A DNA stretch of 64,000 nucleotides from NCBI GenBank assembly GCA_013239625.1, contig MU054212.1, positions 8,251,412-8,315,411 on the forward strand, given 5' to 3'. A program made the position numbers and the translations under genes. Below, one piece after another: positions 40,810 through 51,726 of this stretch. The notes below the pieces were generated by a model. The model was given only the letters and a program-made list of their open reading frames with translations. It had not been told where the DNA came from and did not search any database. Numbering within the stretch: position 1 is the stretch's first letter; every line of letters starts with the position of its first letter. This DNA is from Lama guanicoe (Eukaryota).

Positions 40810-41560
40810 ACTTTCTCTTCTCAGAACACTTCCGTCGCTGGATATGTGGGGTTTTCCCTCCCATTAAGCAGTTCTGACACACATTGCTCAGGACTAGTGC
40901 AGGCTTCACGAGTTAAGGTTTCAGCCCCAAAAGACTGCCCCCCACGTCAGATGCCAGTCGCCTGTAATGAGTCCCCAAATTACCCGCACTTCTGTCGGAT
41001 TTGGCTGCAAATTGGAGGTTCCACAACCCCCTCCTCAGGTTTCATAATTTGCTACAATGGCTCACAGAACTCAGGGAGACACCTTACTTACCATTACTGG
41101 TTCATTGTAAAGGATATAAATGAACAGCCAGATGAAGTGGTCCGTAGGGCAAGGTCCAGAAGGGTTCTGACCACAGGAGCATCCACCTGTCTGAAGTTTG
41201 GGTTGCACCACTCTCCTGGGTGCATTCTCCATCCCTGAAGCTCTCTGAACCCCTTTGTTTAAAGTTTTTGTGGAGGTTTCATTAGGTAGGCACGATTAAT
41301 TAAATCATTGGCCATCGTAACTAACTCCAACTCCAGCCCCTCTGGAGGTCAAAGGGTGGAGCTGAAAGTTCCAACCCTCTAATCAAATGGTTGTTTCCTT
41401 TGGCAACCAGCCCCCCTACCCTCCAAGAGCCAACACTTTAGCATGAACTCCGGTATCCTTTCATCTCTACCACATAGGAAATTGCAGGGGTTTAAAAAGC
41501 TCTGTGCCAGGAACTGGGGGTGAAGGCCAGTATATATTTCCTATATTACAGTGTCGCACA
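40810..41560 (-). mobile_element. MER21-like ERV LTR
   Basis: rc of right end tgtgcgacactgtaatataggaaatatatactggccttcacccccagttcctggcacagagc matches the recalled MER21 5' end; internal aatggctcacagaactcaggg motif. Confidence 0.7.
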
Positions 41561-41984
41561 ATCAAAGGCCACAAAGTGCTGAAGGTGAGAGAATACAACC
41601 CAGTCTGGGAATTGCGGGTAACTTCAGTTAAACTTAGAGGAGAGGTGGTGAGAGAGGAACCAGAGAGGAAGCTGTGACCCAGGTTGTGAAAACATGTCTG
41701 TTACCCTGATTTGTTTGTGTCCTGTGCAGTGGAGTACAGTTGAAGGGTTTTAGACGAGACTGACAGGACTGGATTTGTTTTAGAACTTAGTTGCAGAGTA
41801 GAGAATGGATTTGAGGAAGGCAAGAGTAGAGTCCTGTTAGAGACAGTTATAATCCAAGTGGCCACGGTGAATAAATCAAGATACGTTCTGGTGAGAGGTG
41901 GGGAAGATCTTAGCTGACTTCTGTTCATCAGCATTTAAACTGCATTGCAGTAGCTGGTCGTTGTTAAAAGTGGAGCATGTGGTA

Positions 41985-42597
41985 ATTAGAGAAAGGCAAA
42001 TCAAAACTACAGTGAGGTATCATGTCAACGGTGAGAATGGCTATCTTTAAAAACCTACAAATAATAAATGCTGAAGAGGGTATGGAGAAAAGGGAACCCT
42101 CCTACACTGTTGGTAAGAATGTAAATTGGTGGAGGTTCCGTAAAAAAATAAAAATAGCATTACCATATGCTCCAGCAATCTCATTCCTGGGCATGTATCT
42201 GGGAAAGACAAAAACTCTAGTTTGAAAAGATACATGCACCCTAGTATTCACGGTAGCACTATTTACAATAACCAAGACATGGAAGCAATTTGTGCCCATC
42301 AACAGATGAATGGATAAAGAAGATGTGGTATATATCTGCAATGGAATATTACTCAGCCATAAAAAAGAATGAGATATTGCCATTTGCAACAACATGATTA
42401 TCACACTAAATGAAGAGAAAGACAAATACCCTATGATACCACTTATATGGAGAATCTTTAAAAAATGTACAAATGAACTTATTTTACAAAAGAAAAATAG
42501 ACCCACAGACATAGAAAACAAACTGGAAAAGATGTATGTGTGTATAATTGAATCATTTTGCTGTACACCTGAAACTATACTTCAATTTAAAAAAAAT
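41985..42597 (+). mobile_element. 5'-truncated L1 (ORF2 C-terminus plus 3'UTR)
   Basis: gcaaatcaaaactacagtgaggtatca..gagaaaagggaaccctcctacactgttggt..aacagatgaatggataaagaagatgtggta..actatacttcaatttaaaaaaaa; approximate TSD aaaagtggagcatg/aaaattggagcctg. Confidence 0.9.
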
Positions 42598-43545
42598 TGG
42601 AGCCTGAGGGAGAGGAGTTGAGGGTGATACTCAGGTTTCAGTCTTGAACAGCTTGGTTAATGGTGGTGCTATTCGTATAAATGGGAAAACATAAGGGAAA
42701 AAAATACATATGAGATGTGTTTAGTTTGGGACATTTTGGTGCTTTCAGACATTTACAAGTAACATGGCCAGTTAGCATTGGCTATGAGCATCCAGAGCTT
42801 AATGGAACTGGGGTAGAATTGGGGATCTGGGGAGACATTAGGACATTAGTAAGTAGTGACTGAAGCGTAGGAGGTAGAGGATACATGAGAGCTCAGAACA
42901 GAACCCAGAGGAACTCATGTTTGAGTGATTGACCTTGAATCTAAGTTGGAACAGCCACAGAAATCAGGCTAATGTATTTGGAAGAGAATATCTCTAGAAG
43001 GAAGGTGTGGTCCCCAGTGTCAGTGCTGTAAAGAGGCCAGTAAGTAAGATCCAGAAAGTACCCGTTGGATTAAGCAGCTATGAAGGTGGTTGATTTTAAT
43101 GATAGTCCTACGTGGCGGGCCCACAGGTAGGACAAACCAGATTACAGTATGGGGATGAGTCCAGGCAACCCTTTCAAGAAGCTTTACTCTGAATGGGCAT
43201 GAGGTTGCGTGAGGGAGATGTGCAGGCGAGGGGCTGGATTTGAAGAGATAGGAAAGATTTGAATTTATTTGAATGTTGAGGAAGAGGAATCAGCAGGGAA
43301 AGAAGTTGAAAATATTAGGAAAGGAACAGTAGGTAATTAGCTGATCAGCCGAAGTCTCAGAGGAGGCAGGAAAGGACACATTTCAAACTGCAGATGTAGT
43401 CTTCCGTATTAGAAAGGAGGAGGTGAAAAGATACATGCAGATGGCTGTATCTCTGCACAGAAGCATCCGCTTTCTCTCACACTGAAAGTGAGTATTGAGA
43501 GGGACTGGAGAAATAACAGATTGTTTTTTGCTATTATCATTTCAG

Positions 43546-44594
43546 ATTGTGAGATTAAGGAATCCGTGCATAAGAAGCACGTTCCAGGAGAGAAATCGCA
43601 AAGACTTTCCCAGGAACCTGCATTTGGAGGAGTCGGTGAACACGAAAGCAGTTTAGGGTGGCAGCAAGCCAGTGCCACCGGGGAGAGACTGAGAAGATCC
43701 CCTTCCCAAGGGGGCACTTTTAGTCAAGTCATCTTCACCCACAAATCTCTAGGAAACAGAGACCATCACGAGCCTCAGAGAAGCTTGATCCTGAGTGCAA
43801 ACTCGATGACGTATCAGAAAGTTCCTACAGAAGAGAGACCTCACAGGTGTGAGGTGTGCGGGCACAGCTTCAAGCAGCATTCCTCTCTGACACAGCATCA
43901 GAGAATCCACACTGGAGAAAAGCCCTATAAATGTAACCAGTGCGGGAAGGCCTTTAGTTTGAGGTCATACCTTATTATTCATCAGAGAATTCATAGTGGC
44001 GAGAAAGCGTATGAATGTAGTGAGTGTGGGAAGGCCTTCAACCAGAGCTCAGCCCTCATCAGACATCGGAAAATCCACACGGGGGAGAAAGCCTGTAAAT
44101 GTAACGAATGTGGCAAAGCATTCAGTCAAAGTTCCTATCTCATTATACATCAAAGAATCCACACCGGTGAGAAGCCCTACGAGTGTAATGAGTGTGGGAA
44201 AACCTTTAGCCAAAGCTCAAAGCTTATCAGACACCAGCGAATTCACACAGGAGAAAGACCTTACGAATGTAACGAGTGTGGAAAAGCTTTCAGGCAGAGC
44301 TCAGAGCTGATAACCCATCAGAGAATACATAGTGGAGAGAAACCCTATGAGTGTAATGAGTGCGGAAAAGCCTTCAGTTTGAGCTCGAACCTCATCAGAC
44401 ATCAGAGAATTCACAGTGGAGAGGAACCTTACCAGTGTAATGAATGTGGCAAAACCTTCAAAAGGAGCTCAGCCCTGGTCCAGCACCAGAGAATCCATTC
44501 TGGGGATGAAGCTTATATATGTAACGACTGCGGGAAGGCGTTCAGACACAGATCAGTCCTTCTGCGCCATCAGAGAGTCCACACTGTAAAGTGA
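43546..44594 (+). CDS. ZNF397: ZNF397 coding exon 3, nine C2H2 zinc fingers, stop TGA
   Basis: atttcag|AT completes the Asp codon; nine CX2CX12HX3H fingers from 43848 with TGEKPY-type linkers, ending [16 protein letters not shown]; total 138+47+1+348=534 aa. Confidence 0.97.
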
Positions 44595-45980
44595 CTTGTG
44601 AATGCAATGAGTACTGTAAATACTTTTGTTAGTCGAGAGGGTTTAATTTACTTTAGGGTAAGACTCAGGAAGGTGATGGTAAAGTACTAGATCTTGAGTC
44701 AGTCTGACTTTGTACAGCACTTCCCAGTGCTGATGTGCATTGTCCCCTGAAGGCTTTCCTGTGACTAATCAGAACCTCAGATGAAAGGATCATTGCTTCC
44801 AGCTTTCCTCTTACCATCAGGGATACTCAGGAGGTACGAAAGATGGGGATGTAACCCTGAGGCCTCATTTGCCATGAGAATGTCATGAAGAGGGCACAGC
44901 AGCCCAGGCTCTCACTGCACCTGCTGATTTGTGGGGCCCAGGGCAAGCCAGAAGTGAGACAGCGAAAAGAAAGAGTACAGATTAGTTTACCCAACTGTTC
45001 CTTTTTGAGTGGCTGCTCTATGCCAGGCACTAGGGACACAGTGGAATATAAGATAGTCTTTACAGTTTAATGGACAAAGCAAACAGGCAGTGACACTGGT
45101 ATGATCACGTGACATTAAGGAGTACCTGACCCAACCTTGGGTAAGGGGAGGCTTCTGAGAAAAATTATCTAAAGGATGGGTAGGAGTTAGCCAGGGAGGT
45201 AAACAGGCCAGGAGGAGAATATGGCATGTCTGAGAAACTAGAGGGAAAAGACTGCTTTGCGTGGAACATCCCTGTTGAGTTCCTTCTGAAGTGGATTTTT
45301 ATCTGTAAGGGAAGCGTGGATGCAGCCAGATCTCTGTTTACTACCCTGCCCTGAAGTAAAACAGGAGCCAGTGGAGACTTGTTAATAGGCAACACCTGGA
45401 GACCTTGGAACACAGGGTGGTGATCAGCTTTGTCTTGGTTTGTGTGACCCCAGGGAAAGGGTTAATGTGTCGTTTCCTTGTCCAACCTGGAGGCTAGACT
45501 CCACCTTCCATCGGGGTGGGGGTAGGGGAGCCAGAAGAAGCCCAGGCTAGAGGTTAAGAGTCATAGAGCTCCAAATCTCTCTCCCAGACTTAAGGACTGC
45601 CTTGGTTCTTAAGACTTGATCAGAGCTGCTGTCCGCTTCCTCCTAGCTCCCAGGGCTGTGGGTCAGAAGCTGCGGTGGCTGCCGTATTGGTTTCTGGGGC
45701 TGTGCCCCAACAGTTCCTGGTGCACTCCCCTGGGCTCAGGGGCTAAAAAATGTGTCCACTGCTGGTCTGTTACTTTCCAGGCACCACACGTGTTCAGTTT
45801 TGAGTTATGTCCGCAGAATTTCACAGTCTTGTGAATTTTGTTAAAGACAATGCTGAAGGGAAGTGACAGTGACAGTCGTGGTCCTTCCAGAGACTGCCCT
45901 CTTCTGATGGACCCAGCAAAAAAAGTATCCAGACTGGTGCTTCTCAATGCAGAGCAGAAAGGTGTAGAGGTTAGTCAGCA

Positions 45981-46090
45981 ACAGAGATTTGTTGTTTAAA
46001 GTAACTAATAGATCACAGTTGTAACACACCTTACCACAGAGATTTGTTGTTTAAAGTAACTAATAGATCACAGTTGTAACACACCTTACC
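45981..46090. repeat. Perfect 2 x 55-bp tandem duplication
   Basis: acagagatttgttgtttaaagtaactaatagatcacagttgtaacacaccttacc at 45981-46035 and 46036-46090. Confidence 0.97.
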
Positions 46091-46639
46091 GGAAGTACGG
46101 ATCTTTGGGAATCTAGAATCCTGTGCATAGGAACAGAAGAGTTTTCATAAGGATATAGGTCATGCCCCTCTTGGGGCACACAGATGAGCCTGTACTGGCC
46201 AGTAAGCGTGGCGGGAGGGCTAAATGTCCATGCTTGGAAGGAGAATGAAAAAAGAAAGGGACATGAAGTGTAACAAAATAGCATGATAAAACTCTTCAAC
46301 TCATACTCCTCTTCCACAGAGGAAGACAAACAAACTGAAAAGGACAGGACAGGGTTAAGTAGGAATTGATACAGTGATTATTACAAAAGAGAGAGTATAG
46401 AGTTCTTAACAGATATTGATAAGTAATAGGCACTTGCAAAGGGCTTTGTATATATGTATTACTTCTCAGACAGCCACATTTTGCAGATGAGGAAATGAAG
46501 GCTTAGGGCCACGGCTTACTCAAGGGCATAGAGCTACAAAGAGGTAAGTAAGGTCAGACTTTGAACCCTGGCAGCAGGAGTCCAGAACGTGTCTGTGGAG
46601 CCACTTCTCTGTCCTATCTTCCCATGAAAAAGTCCCAGT

Positions 46640-47170
46640 AGGAAAACAAGGGTGCTTACAAAGGCAGATCACAAAAGAATAAATGCCAATGGACGATAAA
46701 TGTTAGCCTTGGTGGAATTAAAAATGTATATTAAAGCAAGAGTTGAGATGTCAGGTTTCCCCCCCCCTCACAAAATTAACAGAGATTCAGGGAAATTGGG
46801 ACTCTGATGTGAATAGATGCTGTCTCTGGCAATTAATACCAGCAGCCTAAAGCATTGCCTTTTGACTTTAAAATTCTACCTGGAAATGTATACTTCAGAA
46901 ACCATCACGAATGTATACAAAGTCTTGAAAGCTGTTGAAAGTGATGTTAATTAATATTAAAATGACAATGCGTTCATAGCTTAAATAAAAATGACATATA
47001 CAATATGGTTCATGTAAAAACATTTATGCATTAAAAATGTTGGAAATATATCATCTCAACATGCTATACTGGTTATGCCTGGGTGAGAAGTTTATATGTG
47101 ACTTACATTTGTGTTTTTGTCTTCCAAATTTTCCTACATAAATATCTAAAACTTATAAAGTTAGAAAAAA
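46640..47170 (+). mobile_element. Highly decayed L1ME-type 3' fragment
   Basis: A-rich L1-like motifs (aaatgccaatggacgataaatg; cttttgactttaaaattctacctggaaatgtatac; ctggttatgcctgggtgag). Confidence 0.45.
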
Positions 47171-48511
47171 GAAACAGAATGAAAACCCAGGATAGTTGAG
47201 AGGTAAGAAAAGCTTGTGCTTTCCATAGCAGCTTTGTGGCTTCCGTGTCCTAGGAGGTTAGCTAACTCAGTAACTGCTCTGGGACTTCCTCACTGATAAA
47301 TGACAATACCCATCACTAGTGTACAAAAAAACCCTGCAAGTTATAAATCTGTGCACATGTGTGAGCTGTTTGCATGAAGATTTATAGATGAGAAAAGCAG
47401 TAGCCTTGAAGTGGAAACTTCTTCACATTCGTGCTTTTCTATGACTTCTGCAGCCACAAGCAAGTCCCCTCACAACTCAGTTGAGAGGAGCTGAAGTAGA
47501 TGATCTCTTTGCAGTTAAAGCTTCAACGTTCTACGTTTATGAAACGGGGGCCAACATAAGGCAGATGTCAAAGGTCATTGTTTTTTTCCTTCCCAGCCTT
47601 GCTGCGGGAAAAGGAAGCCATCCCTTGCTTCTCTGCTCAGAGCTCTCTTGTTTCTTTTGGTACAGAAGCAGTCCAGTGTTCACCTTAAATGGGTTCTGCC
47701 CAGATTCACGGACTTAAAAAGAGGTGGAATTCAGGCAAAGTGCTTAATAACAGCTTGCTATCTTTCCCGTCCTCCCTCCTCACTTCCGCAGGCCACAGTG
47801 AACACTGTCCAGCTCAAAGGACTGGACATTGAAACAAGTCTGCCCTTGGTCTCCCCAAGCTCCCCTGGGAACAGCTTTGCTGCTCCTGCCCCACAAAGTG
47901 AACCCTCCGGGCAAGGACGGCCCGTCCTTCCCCATTCAGAAGGAACTGACCTGGAGAGTGTGTCTGCCGAAGGGAGGGGAAGGGTGAGCCGGTAGGCAGA
48001 CCCAACCCCTGCTTCCGGATGGGCCAGAACCAGACCTTGCTACTTGGTAACATTACTGTTCACAGCTGTCTTGTTGGCAGGTGCAAAGGATCACAGCTCT
48101 AAGGGGTCATGGGTTTTTTCTGCACCTGTGTTTCTCTGTAGGCGCTGCTGAGAGGGGAGGGGAAGGCCGTGGCATTCTCTCAACTCCCAAAGCAAAGCGT
48201 CCTGATTCTGGTGGACACAGAATGCCTGTGTGTTTATAGAAGCTCCCTGATCTCATCCCCACGTTCTTCCAACCACAGTGCAGCCCCAGAAGTCCCCTCA
48301 ATTCTGTGATTTCACGAAGTTGGTGAACTGCAGCCTCAGGGACTTAGCTGTCATGTCCAGACACGCTTTGGCCCAGGGAGTAAAAGCTAAGAACACCAGT
48401 TCGCTGGCTTCTTCCCACAACTCTCCCCCTACCCCCAGCACCTCTCCAAGTGTGTTTGTGTGCTCCCTATTCCTGAATGAATAATTTCAATGCAAAACTT
48501 AAAACTTAAAT

Positions 48512-48517
48512 TTTATT
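48512..48517 (-). terminator. ZSCAN30: Candidate poly(A) signal for ZSCAN30
   Basis: TTTATT on + (AATAAA on -), ~1.8 kb past the stop, with a CA ~20 nt downstream; not verified by transcripts. Confidence 0.35.
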
Positions 48518-50300
48518 ATAAGACATTTTGCATTACATTCTAATACTAAACAATTGAAATATATATTCAAAAGTATAAAGGTTAAAATCAGTTACTAACA
48601 ATTATTTACCAAATAAGATTTTTACCCCAAAAAATATTAGGACTGGGGGGAGAAGCTAATAGAAGTACTCCAAAAATGTCCACAATGTTTCTACGGATGG
48701 CGGGATCATGGGCGATTTATACTGTCTCATTTTCTGTACTGTCAACATTTACAGTTAATTCACAATCAGGAAAAAAACTATTAAATGATATTAAAAACAT
48801 GAACTCATTTGATTGCCACCTATAGGAAAGGCAACTCTGTCCCTTTGAAGGATCTTTTTAAACTGCTGATTGACCTCGCTCCATAAACATCCCATAACCT
48901 TTGGACACAAAGGCTGTCCCCCAGTTGCGCCGCCTCTGTCACCCACAACAGCGTCTTGACCACCACTTCTTCACGAGTGACAGTATCAGGACAGGAAATC
49001 AGCACATCTTAGAAGATGACTCAGACTTTCTCTTCGGTATTAACTGCCCTCAGCAGTTAACTGTGGGTTAATTAAAACTGCCAAAATAAGAATTAGCAGA
49101 GAAGCAGGGTTTTGAGGAAGCTGAGGGGATAATTCAGCAAATATTCATTGACTTCAGGTAGCTTAGCATCTGTGAGCCTGGTGACAAGGGGAGGGAACAC
49201 GGAGTGAGGAATAGTGGAGCCTCAGAAGGCAGACCTCCCATCCCTGTGTTCCTGTCAGCTTCCCAGTTCCTGGGCTCCAGGGCCATGGGACACAAACACT
49301 CCAGTCCCCACTGTCCCTCTAGCCTCCAACATGTAATCTTTCCTTAGTGGACAAACATGCCTTTTTCCATACAACACAGCAGCCTTCCATTACACTAATT
49401 TCCCTGAGTACTTCCAGGACTCTCAGGTCACTCTGGGTCTGAGACAGGCTACCCAGCTCAGTGACACAGAAAGAGAGGAACCAACACTTGTCCTGGTTTC
49501 TGGACCAGGGGCTACGAGAACAAATTCTGGCGAGAGAGAAGAATCCAGGTGAAGGGACATCTCCAGATCCTCTCCTCATGTCACTGCATGTGCTCTAACC
49601 TCCACCTGGAACAGTCTTCTCTTCCTTCTTGCCTTGATCCGCCAACTTCTACCCACCTTTTATGTCTCAACTGAGATTTCATCTCATTCAGGAAGCCTTT
49701 AGTGACTCATGGACCAGGTTAGATACCCCTGCCATGCATGTCAACAGAATCCTGGATTTATCCTACCAAAGCACTGATCACATTTCACTGCAATCACTTA
49801 ACTCTGGGACGGCAGCAGCCAGGCCTGCCTCAATGGTGGGCACGCAGCACGCGCTAAGTAAATAAGTAGACCTCAGCTGACCTCAGCAGGAAGCTCAGGG
49901 CGGAGGAGAGAAAGAGCAAGGCAGTGGAATGAGCTACCATTCCCCAGATACTACTAAACTGATCCAGGGCATCATTCAACACTTCACAACCTCACGAGTC
50001 AACATTTCAGAGAACAGAATAACTCCCAGCACGTGCCTCCACCTGCCAAAGGCACAGGACGGGCTCCTTGCCACCGGAGGCATCCCCTCTTAGACCATCA
50101 GACAAGGCAGGATCTTGTCCGCAATCCTGGATTCACTGTGAATCGCAACACTTCAATAGGCATCTTTGTGTGGATCTACAATACTTAACTGCAGTGGAAG
50201 GACAGGAATTCTGCTCTCAGGAAACCTCCATCTTCTGTGGAATCTCACCCATGAAGTGAATTCCTAGAATTTCACAATTGTACAACAATTACCCACAGAG

Positions 50301-51235
50301 TTAAACTCTGGTGTGAGTTCTCTGATGCTGCATCAGTCCTGATCTATGCCTAAATGTTTTCCCACATTCACTACATTCATAAGGCTTTTCCCCAGTGTGG
50401 ATTCTCTGGTGCTGGGTGAGGGCAGAGCTCTGATTGAAGGACTTCCCACATTCATTACATTCATAAGGTTTCTCTCCAGTGTGAATTCTTTGATGTTCAA
50501 TAAGGATGGAGCTTCTACCAAAAGCCTTACCACATTCGATACATTCATAGCCTTTGTCTCCAGTGTGAATTTTCCTATGCTGAATAAGGGCTGAGCTCCG
50601 GCTGAAGGCTCTCCCACATTCGCCACATTCATAAGGTTTCTCTCCAGTGTGAATTCTGCGATGCCTGATGAGCTCTGAGCTGCCCCTGAAAGCTCTTCCA
50701 CATTCACAACACTCATAGGGTTTTTCACCACTGTGAATCCTCTGATGTCTAACGAGGTCCGAGCTCAGACTAAAGGCTTTGTCGCATTCTTTACAGGCAT
50801 AAGGTCTCTCTCCAGTATGAATTCTCTGATGTCTAATCAGCTTGGAGCTCTGGCAAAAGGCTTTCCCACAGTCAAAGCACTCATAGAGCTTTCCCGCCGT
50901 ATGAATTCTCAGTTGCGTTACAACGTTTGAGTTCAGACTGAGACCCCCTTCGCTTTCATTACCTTGCAGTGGCTCTTCTGTGGAGACCTTCTTGTTGAAG
51001 CTTGCCAGACTGAAATGTCTTCCCTGAGAAGGACGCCGACTCATTCTATTCCCCACAGCACTTCCTCTTGGCTTCTCAAAGTTGTCCAGACCTCCCAAAG
51101 CCTCTTCAACTACCTGTCCTGAAGGACCTTCTCCAGGGAGTCTCCCTGGGGCTCTCATGGCTGCCGAGGCCACACATTCACATTCAATACTTTCTTGCTT
51201 TGCTGTCAATACTCTGTCTGCCACCAGCTTGCCAT
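50301..51235 (-). CDS. ZSCAN30: ZSCAN30 coding exon 3, seven C2H2 zinc fingers, stop TAA
   Basis: tttttag|[62 protein letters not shown] matches recalled human ZSCAN30. Confidence 0.96.
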
Positions 51236-51634
51236 CTAAAAATGCGAATAGAAAATGCAAGTATCATTTGCTCCCCTCATTGGAAGAAAAGAACCAAGTA
51301 GAGCAGGAATAGAAAAGAAACCAAATGAAATAGCTATTTACCTAGTAGGAGGAAAAGTCTTAAAAAACTAGCTTCCCTGTCTAGAATTTAGAGAAGTGGC
51401 CTGAAGCAGCGACAGGCGGCACCTCAAGAGTAATTCAAACACAATGAGAGTCAGCATTGGAAAGGGGGGATGGTGAACACGGAAAGGCATTAGTTAAGGG
51501 CGATGGTGATCAACAGGGGTAGCAGTGAGAGACCAGTTAGCCAGGAGATAATCTTGGGTTAGAGGAGAAGATGAGGTTTTAGATAATGAGGGGAAAGGAA
51601 GAGGCATTAAGGAGTAATTAGAATAAAGAAAGAT

Positions 51635-51726
51635 GGGAGTAGGGATATAGCTCAACGGTAGAGCTGTGTGCTTAACGTGCAGTAGGTCCTGGGTTCAATC
51701 ACCAGCACCTCCACTAAAAAAAAAAA
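51635..51726 (+). mobile_element. tRNA-Ala-derived SINE (short form)
   Basis: gggagtagggatatagctcaacggtagagctgtgtgcttaacgtgcagtaggtcctgggttcaatcaccagcacctcca plus poly(A). Confidence 0.88.

Larger units (their letters stand above)
40480..43400 (-). mobile_element. Fragmented L2 LINE filling ZNF397 intron 3 (interrupted by MER21-like LTR and L1)
   Basis: Antisense L2 3' end (tcatttattcactaattccttca..tactgtggtaggcac) and purine-rich L2 body motifs on both sides of the younger inserts. Confidence 0.6.
37890..44594 (+). other. ZNF397: ZNF397 gene span (4 exons; TSS approximate, 3'UTR extends beyond 44594)
   Basis: Exon 1 to 37955 (inferred), exon 2 39391-39886, exon 3 40155-40296, exon 4 from 43546; all introns GT-AG and in phase; 534-aa product. 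Confidence 0.9.

Noticed and set aside
42022..42621. ORFs up to 139 aa in ZNF397 intron 3
   Set aside because: Sense and antisense translations of a degraded L1 ORF2 end and 3'UTR
43996..44310. Alternative-frame and antisense ORFs over finger and SCAN exons (also 50333-50731, 57619-58131, 39539-39937)
   Set aside because: Shadow ORFs caused by the biased codon usage of C2H2 and SCAN sequences
45981..46090. Possible CRISPR-like or minisatellite array
   Set aside because: Only two directly abutting copies, no spacers, mammalian context
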